Below are positions 56,761 to 64,000 of a stretch of 64,000 nt of DNA, piece after piece (position 1 is the stretch's first letter; each line of letters starts with the position of its first letter). The position numbers were made by a program, and so were the translations under genes. The notes under the pieces are model-generated. The model had not been told where the DNA came from. It worked only from the letters and a program-made list of their open reading frames with translations, and made no database searches. Where the stretch lies: the IMG/VR virus record IMGVR_UViG_3300032167_000028. One strand, written 5' to 3'. This DNA comes from a virus (taxonomy: Duplodnaviria; Heunggongvirae; Uroviricota; Caudoviricetes).

Positions 56761-57517
56761 TTCTAAAGTAATGCGTTATCTTCATGGGCTTCCTGTGATA
56801 TTTGATGATATTTGTGTAATTCATTCTCCTCGTTTACATGATATAGCCACTGCAGGATTGGATAAATTTTATCAATATATATCTGCGACCTAGATCTCTA
56901 AACCAACTAAGTTAGAAGATCCAGAAATTAAAAAGCTACTATCTCCGCTTTCTGATTTTGAGTATTTGCTACTTTTAACTTAGATGGATAAAGAGGATAA
57001 TAAGTTAATAAAGGATGCCTTTGAATTTTTCACGAAAGAAAAAATTACCATTCTTATAAATCCGCCTAGTATTGTTTTCGGTCCTATAAACGAGAAACGT
57101 ATTCTTACTAAAGAAAAGTTTTATAATTTTTAGGAAGAGGTCAAACTTGCGTGTGCTATGAGAGATCCTCATGAATCTACAATTGAATTTCTTGACTCTG
57201 ATACTCCTCGGGTAAGGGCTTTAAAAGAACAAATGCTTCGAGGGCGAAGAGAACGAGAAGAGGCTAAACGTAGATAGCGTTAGAAAAGTGGGGATGGTAA
57301 TTTAGAACTTTCAGACTTAATTGCTTCTTTAGCAATTGGGAATAATTCCTACAATTTAATAAATATTTGGGATTTATCATATTATGCTTTTCAAGATCAA
57401 TTCAAAAGAATGAGTTGGCATGAAGAGTTTGATATAAATACCCGAGCGTCTCTTGCAGGCGCGAAACTTGATAAAAACAAACTTTCTCATTGGATAAAGA
57501 CAATGTCTTTTAATTAA
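56747..57517 (+). CDS. hypothetical tail-associated protein containing six in-frame TAG codons
   Basis: ATG 56747 to TAA 57515-57517 = 256 codons in one frame, with TAA as the only non-TAG stop; sequence reads protein-like throughout (…KEQMLRGRREREEAKRR…). Confidence 0.55.
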
Positions 57518-57531
57518 GGAGGAAAATTAAC

Positions 57532-58437
57532 ATGGCTGTAAATATTTTTGAGCGCTATGGTATTAAGGAAGTTGCTAACGTATACTTCGAAGCTCTCGCT
57601 GACGAACCAAAGGCGGGTATTACCAAGGGCGATATCGTACTATACCTAGATACTCTAAAGGTTTCTACTGTTGAGACCACTGCTGAGAACGTTTCTGCTC
57701 AGGGTGGTTGGGGCAATCCAAAGCTCGTTACTTGGGATTACGGCAAGGACATTAACGTTACCCTAGAGGACGCTGTTATTTCTTGGGAAGAGATGCGTAT
57801 CCTAATGGGTGCGGTTATGAACAAGGCTACCGCTGATAAGCCTGTTAAGATTCGTAAGAATGCTCAGGTTATTATTGAGAAGCCAGCTGATTGGGCTGCT
57901 GCTGAGCTCAAGTATGTACCAGTTGAGGGTGAAACCAACCGTGCCGGCCTAACCGATAATGGTAAGCATAATCTACCAGAAGCTGGCCTTGCTGGCGTTC
58001 CATTTAAGTGGGTTGATATGTCTCGTGGCCTCCGTGGTACTCAGGCCAATTTTGCTGCTAACGCTCCTGTTGAAGGAGAAGATTATGATAGCGTTGACGA
58101 GACTTCTGGTGCATTCCTCGATGAAAACGGTAACGTAGTAACCTTTAAGGTCCGTGTATTCTGGGAAGATAATGCTACCGCAGAAGCTCAGGGTGCTACC
58201 GAGCTCGTCATTTCTCCAGATCGTTATCCAGGTACCTATCGTGTTGTTGGCGACTCCCTCATTCGTTCCGAGAAGACTGGTATGGACGAGGCCTTCCAGT
58301 TCGTTATCAACAAGGCTAAGATGCTATCTGAAGTTACTCTTACCATGCAGGCAGAGGGCGATCCTTCTACCTTCAATATGACCCTCAACGTCCTTCGTGA
58401 CGATGACGGCAACATGATGAGCCTAATTAAGTACTAA
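57532..58437 (+). CDS. major tail protein
   Basis: AAGGAGG RBS; 301 aa; position before chaperone and tape measure; followed by a strong terminator. Confidence 0.65.
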   Translation: MAVNIFERYGIKEVANVYFEALADEPKAGITKGDIVLYLDTLKVSTVETTAENVSAQGGWGNPKLVTWDYGKDINVTLEDAVISWEEMRILMGAVMNKATADKPVKIRKNAQVIIEKPADWAAAELKYVPVEGETNRAGLTDNGKHNLPEAGLAGVPFKWVDMSRGLRGTQANFAANAPVEGEDYDSVDETSGAFLDENGNVVTFKVRVFWEDNATAEAQGATELVISPDRYPGTYRVVGDSLIRSEKTGMDEAFQFVINKAKMLSEVTLTMQAEGDPSTFNMTLNVLRDDDGNMMSLIKY

Positions 58438-58464
58438 TAAATTGCTCCTTGTGAGCATTTCCAA

Positions 58465-58492
58465 GGGGAAGCTTCGGCTTCCCCTATTTTTT
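58465..58492 (+). terminator. intrinsic terminator after major tail gene
   Basis: GGGGAAGC-TTCG-GCTTCCCC + TATTTTTT. Confidence 0.75.
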
Positions 58493-58510
58493 GTACCCGG
58501 AGGTTTTATA

Positions 58511-59326
58511 ATGAATTTTTTACAGGAAATGGGTATAAAAGACTTAGAACATGTTGTATTAAAGGCTAAACAACGCATGTCTCTGGGACGTAGAACTTAC
58601 GAACCAGGAGAACCAATTCTTTATTTTGAAAATATTTAGATTGCAGTATTATCAGAAAACGCACGAATGGTCGCGGCCTAGGGTGGTTATTTAAATCAAC
58701 CACGGGTTGTGTGGGAAGATAGAGATAATACAACATTTTAGTTTTCTAATGGCACTTTAAATCAATTGAGTTTAAATATGCTTTTAGAAGCAAATATGTT
58801 ACATGAAATGAAAGTGTTTGTGCCGCATCATGGTGTCTATGAATTAGATGAAGAAGGAAAGCTATGGTTACCATATGAGATAAATAAATCTCGAAAACGT
58901 TTTTATTCTATTTTTGAAAGAGAAAATCTTCAAGATAAAATAACCCCTATTTCTGAAGAAATTATAGATGGTCAAACTTTAGTAACTTTTGATTCTATAT
59001 ATGAAAATAAAACTATTGTCGCGGATTACTATTTTATCCCAAAAAATGGCGCAATAACTTATACAATGGACAGGGAACGCAGACCGAACTTATATACTTT
59101 GGAAGCGACCTTCTATTTGAAGGATGAAAATGAAGGGCTTCTTCATACTGGAATTTTAGAGATGCCTAAAGTTTATATAATGAGTAATATTAACTTGCGT
59201 ATGGGAGAAAGAGCTGACCCCACTGTGGGCACGTTCCGGATAGTGGCAATGCCAGATGACTTAGATAATCATGAAGCAACAGTATGTAGAATAACATATT
59301 TAGACGAAGATATCTATGGTTTATAA
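58511..59326 (+). CDS. tail assembly chaperone-like protein with three in-frame TAG codons
   Basis: GGAGG RBS + ATG 58511 is in frame with ORF 58766..59326; only TAG stops in between. Confidence 0.5.
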
Positions 59327-59330
59327 TATA

Positions 59331-59364
59331 AGAGCTCCCGTTAACGCGGGAGCTCTTTTTTTGT
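59331..59364 (+). terminator. intrinsic terminator
   Basis: AGAGCTCCCG-TTAA-CGCGGGAGCTCT + TTTTTTT. Confidence 0.75.
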
Positions 59365-59385
59365 TATAAGGAGGGAAAAGGAAAT

Positions 59386-62300
59386 ATGGCAGTAAAGATT
59401 ACAATACCTGTTAATTTTCAAGATAGTGCTTAGTCGTATAAGAAAATTATAGCTTCTTTGCAGTCTGAATTAAAAAAGGTTAAACCTGGTACTGCGATAT
59501 ATGAAAATATATCATCTTAGTTAAAAAAGGCCAACAGTTTAATTTTAAAACTGGAAGGAAGTATTGGCTAGGGCGTGGCCTCTCATGCTGAAATTGAAAG
59601 AATGATTAAAGATTTTTCTTCTTTACAGACAGTGGTAGAAAGTGTTAATGATGCCTATACTACAATGTCTATTAAGAATTTAAATATAAATTCTGAAAAT
59701 TTTGGCAATTTAGCAAAAGATTTAGTTGATGCTGCATCACAATTAACTAAAGCTAAGAAGGCTTTAACAGATGCCGAAAGCCTTAATATTGGAGAGCTTT
59801 TTTAGGGTGATGCTAATATTGGCAAGTTTACTGCAAAACAACTTACCAGTAAAGGTAAAAGTTTTTATGATAATTTGGCTGCTCAAATTGAACGTCTTGG
59901 AATAAAATCTAATGAAGCAGAACAAGAAATAAAAACTCTTGAACAAAGTTTATTAGATTTATAGCAATAGGCTAATAATTTAAAAAGCGATTCTTTAGCA
60001 GAATCTGTCACAGGAATTGTTGGAACTGCAGGAAGTAAGACAGCTAAAAAAGGCCAATTTGTTTCATTGGCGGATGCACAAACAAATTTATTAAACATTA
60101 CTCAAAATAAATTTTTCACTAAGAAAGGTCTTTTAAAAGCGGGAGTAAGTCAAGATTAGGTAGAAGATTGGTTAAAAGTTTTTGGTATTTCAGATGAATC
60201 AATTGCAAAAATTCTTGAAACCAGTAAAGATCGAATTGAACGTTTACGTCAAGCCATTAATACTGAATTTACCAATACTAAAAAAAATGAATTAACCATT
60301 AAATATCGCGATGCCGCAGCAGAATCTGTTCAACGATAGGCTGTTGAAAGACAAATTGCAGAAGTTAATGCAAATTTAGCAACTGCTCGTTCTACTGCAA
60401 AAGATTATGGTGGAGAATTAAAAGGTATCCAAGAACAATTTAATTTATTAAAAGATAAATTAATTAAACGTGGTGTTCTTGGAGCCACTGAAGGAGAAGC
60501 TGGAGATTTATAGAAATAGATTGATGCTATTGAATAGCAAATGGCTTCTTTACAATCAGCTATTGTAGCACAAGGACCGAGGGCGGAGCATAATTTACCA
60601 GATACTCCAAGTAGAGAAGCAACTGATTACGTTTTTGATGCTGAACGTAATGCTCAACAATTTAAAGATAATTTAAAATCGGCCATTGCTCATTGGCTAA
60701 GTGCTTAGCAAATTATTACAATGGTCAAAGAGGGTATTCGTCAAGCTTGGACAGATATTCAAGGTCTTGATAAGGCAATGACGAATATTGCAGTAGTTAC
60801 AGATATGTCGGTATCTGACCTTTGGGGAAAAATTAACGATTATATGGCAATTGCCCAAGAATATGGTGTAACTACTCAAGGTGTTTATGAAGTTTCTTAG
60901 CTCTATTATCAACAAGGTTTAAATACTAATGAGGTAATGGAAGCAACTACAGAAACTCTTAAAATGGCTCGTATCGCAGGTATGGACTATGCTGAAGCCG
61001 CTGATGCAATGACTGTAGCAATTCGTGCATTTAAGATGGAAATGTCTGATGCATAGATAATCACTGATGTTTATTCTAAAGTTGCAGCAGTTACGGCATC
61101 TGATAGCCAAGAACTTGCTATTGCTATGAGTAAGACAGCTTCTTCTGCTGAAAGTGTAGGAAGTAGTTTTGAAAATACCACTGCTATGTTAGCTGTTATG
61201 ATTGAAACTACTCGTGAATCTGCTCAAAACTTAGGTAGCGCGTTAAAGTCTATTATTTCTCGTTATGGTGAAATGAAAACCGGTCTTACTATTGACAGTG
61301 AGGGCGAAGCAATTGACTACAATAAAGTAGATACTGCTTTACAATCTGTAGGTATTTCTATTAAGGATGCTCAAGGTCAATTCCGTGATTTTGATGATGT
61401 AATTTTCGAACTTTCTAAAAAGTGGGATAGCCTTGATAAAAATACTCAACGTTACATTGCTACAATTATGGCAGGTAACCGTCAACAGTCCCGTTTCATT
61501 GCTTTGGTTGATAACTGGGAACGTTTAGAGGAAGTAAGCGCAGCAGCATATGATAGTGAGGATGCGGGTTTATTACAATATGCTAAAACACTCGATAGTC
61601 TTGAAACTAAATTAAATGCTCTTTCTACAAGTTTTTAGCAATTTTATATGAGTATAATTAATGGTGATACTTTTAAAGGTGCCATTGATTTTATTACTAA
61701 ATTACTAGACGGATTAAATAAGATTGGCTCTTGGACTTCAATTTTTAATATAGCTCTTTTAGCACAGAGTTTAAAAACAGTTGGAACTCTTTTAGTTAAT
61801 GGTTTTTCTGAACCAATGTCTAAAGTTATTTCAGTTTATAGATAGCGTTTTGATGAAATAACAAATTTAGCTTTTATTAAAGGTAGGGAAGCAGGAGAAG
61901 CACATTATAAAGGTTTTCTTACTGCCACCGATAAAACCATACCAAATTCTATTCCTACATAGACTTCTATACCAATACCTTCGACAAAAATTGATTGGTC
62001 TTAGGGTATTGGAAAAGGATTAATTAATTGGATTAAAAAAAATCCAGCAAAATTTAGTTTGGGTGCTTCTGCCGTAGGAAGTCTTGCCACTATAGCAGGT
62101 ACTAAAACGGCTGAAAAAAATTAGAGAGCTGGTTCACTATTATCAATGCTTGGTAGTTCCGCGTCTGGGGCTAGCATGGGAATGTCAATTGCTGGTCTTA
62201 AGGGAGCACTTGTAGGAGCTATTGCTGGAGCATTAGCTAATCTTCCTGCCGTAATAAATAGTTTCGAATTAGACACAATTCTACAAGAAAAAATAGATAA

Positions 62301-64000
62301 AGCTAAGGAAGTTTTTGATGATGCTGAAATTGTAAGAGCTACGAAAAAAGAAGAAGCTCGTAATTTAGCCGCGACAATTGATAATTTAAAAAAATTACAA
62401 CAAGCACGCTATTCTAGTGAAGAGGCTGAAAAAGCTTTTATTGAAGCTTCTAATGCCGCATTTGAATAGTTTCCTCAATTAACCGCCACTTTTGATGAAA
62501 CTGGTAATGCAATTGTAGACGTAATTTCTAAATCTTCTAATGCAGAATATTTATTAATGAAAGCTCGTCAACAATCAGCAAATGCGACCTTAGATGCAGC
62601 TGAGAAAGAGGGTTATTTAAGAACTCAAGAAGAGAAATAGTCTAAAAATGAATATGCACGTTTTTATACTACTGATGTTGCTTCAAGACAATTTTATGAT
62701 ACATTATATGGTAATTTAAGTTTTGCAGATAGAGAAGTTATTAGTTTTGATGCTAATAAATATCGTGAAACCAATGTTTATTCAATGATTAAAGGCTACA
62801 TTGAAGAAATTTATTAGGCATATGGTACAGAAGATATACGTAGTATTAATTTAATTAATGCTCTTAAAAAATCCTTAAAAAGTAGATATAATGTTGATTT
62901 AACTAATAGTAATGATATTTGGTCTGATTTTGAAGGGATAATAGCTGAAGCTAGAAAAGCTTGGACTACTGACTAGAGTCAAATAGATTCAAATAATGCT
63001 TCAATTATTTCTAGTTACTTAACTCAATTAGATTATGAAATTGATCCAACTCAAAGCGAAAGTTGGAAAACCTTATAGGGCGTAAATGACTATTTTGAAA
63101 AATATATTATTGATAAGGTTACAACTGCGGAAGAGTTATTTACTATTGATGAAAAAAATAATAAAAAAATATTAAATGAACAAGGTAAAGCTGCAATTTA
63201 GAAAGCTTATAATGACTTTACAAAATAGATTACTGAAGTATAGACATATTTAAAGAAAAATTTACAAACTGATGAATATGAAAAAGTTATTAAAGATATA
63301 CAAAGTAAAAAAGTTTCTCCTAAATTAATTTAGGAAAGTTTAAACAAGATTTTTAATAATTAGATTCCAAAGGTAATTTAGCAATACTTAGATTCTTATA
63401 GTAAAGAAATAGAAGAACAAGCCAAGTATATTGCACAGTATGCTATTACAAATCTTCCTACACTTTTTGAATGGACTGATGAAGAAAACTTAACCGAAAT
63501 TTTTACAAATCAAGCCGGTTATTCAAGTGGTATTTCTAATGTAATTAAAGATGTTGGAAATCTTGTTGATTCTGGAACAATTGACACTTTATCAGGTTAG
63601 GAATGGATTAAAGCATATATTGATATTTTTGATTCTATTGATACAAATACAAGTTTAACAGAAAAATAGATACATGAAGCAAAAGCTATTCTTACAAATG
63701 AGTCTTCTGATCTTTTTAGTATTAGTGGTTTATTTGATATAGTAACTGCTTTAAAAGATATTGGTATTAGTCCAGAATCAATTGGTTTAAATAATTTAAA
63801 CGCACTGTCTAATAATTTTAATACAGAATTTGCTTCTTTATCAGAGAAAATTGGTAAAGGACTGGAGTCTCTTACTAAAGTATTAAAAAATGCTGCTGAT
63901 GGTTTTGATACTGAAACTGCATCTAACTTAGCAAAATAGTTAAATACAACTTTAAATGATACTAGTAAATTCGAATTTATTGACGGTAAGTGGTTTATAA
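59386..64000 (+). CDS. tail tape measure protein (5' ~4.6 kb; continues past window end), densely populated with in-frame TAG codons
   Basis: AAGGAGG RBS + ATG 59386; TMP core motifs ...VSxLYYQQGLNTNEVMEATTETLKMARIAGMDYAEAADAMTVAIRAFKMEMSDAxIITDVYSKVAAVTASDSQELAIAMSKTASSAESVG (x = TAG); more than 25 TAGs in frame and no TAA/TGA. Confidence 0.8.

Noticed and set aside
45650-64000. In-frame TAGs as pseudogenes, frameshifts or sequencing errors
   Set aside because: Only TAG, never TAA or TGA, interrupts the frames. It does so dozens of times in genes with otherwise intact motifs (TMP core, portal). TAA and TGA are used as the real terminators. The pattern is gene-class specific.

Overview
The window looks like a ~64 kb segment of a tailed dsDNA phage or prophage. 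The host is probably a low-GC Firmicute (inference from consensus TTGACA-17-TATAAT promoters, GGAGG ribosome-binding sites, BspA-type leucine-rich repeats and Firmicute-prophage tail-fibre N-termini). Four modules are visible. (1) 1-5465, minus strand: auxiliary and nucleotide-metabolism genes, including a short PurA-family adenylosuccinate-synthetase homolog next to an HD-domain hydrolase, a metallophosphatase and a vWA protein. (2) 5477-23214, minus strand: host-recognition genes. These include a 2173-aa fibre with coiled-coil, LRR and repeat regions, and three proteins sharing a HylP-type N-terminal anchor domain. A GT2 glycosyltransferase sits on the plus strand inside this module. (3) 23500-45100: a 'middle' region of about 35 tiny, mostly minus-strand, single-gene transcription units. 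Each has its own consensus sigma70-type promoter and a GC-rich hairpin terminator. A perfectly conserved 19-bp palindrome TTAGATGTT(C/G)AACATCTAA (26 copies) and a second recurrent 8-mer, GCTGGAGG, punctuate the intergenic regions. This module also carries a tRNA island (Lys-UUU, Leu-CAA, and a degenerate tRNA-like element with CUA in its anticodon region) and products such as an SPFH/prohibitin protein, two DnaQ-like exonucleases, an AbrB-like regulator, a HAD 5'-nucleotidase, a T5orf172 protein and a small paralogous protein family on GC-rich islands. (4) 45650-64000, plus strand: the late operon, from putative TerS, TerL, portal, scaffold-like, capsid, connector and tail proteins to the tape measure protein, which runs off the window. 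The main observation is systematic in-frame TAG codons inside clearly continuous late and structural genes: portal, connector, putative TerS, two tail chaperone-like genes, tape measure and two minus-strand fibre genes. Early/middle genes, TerL, the capsid protein and the giant fibre lack them. This indicates amber (TAG) codon reassignment, probably to Gln, used late in infection.
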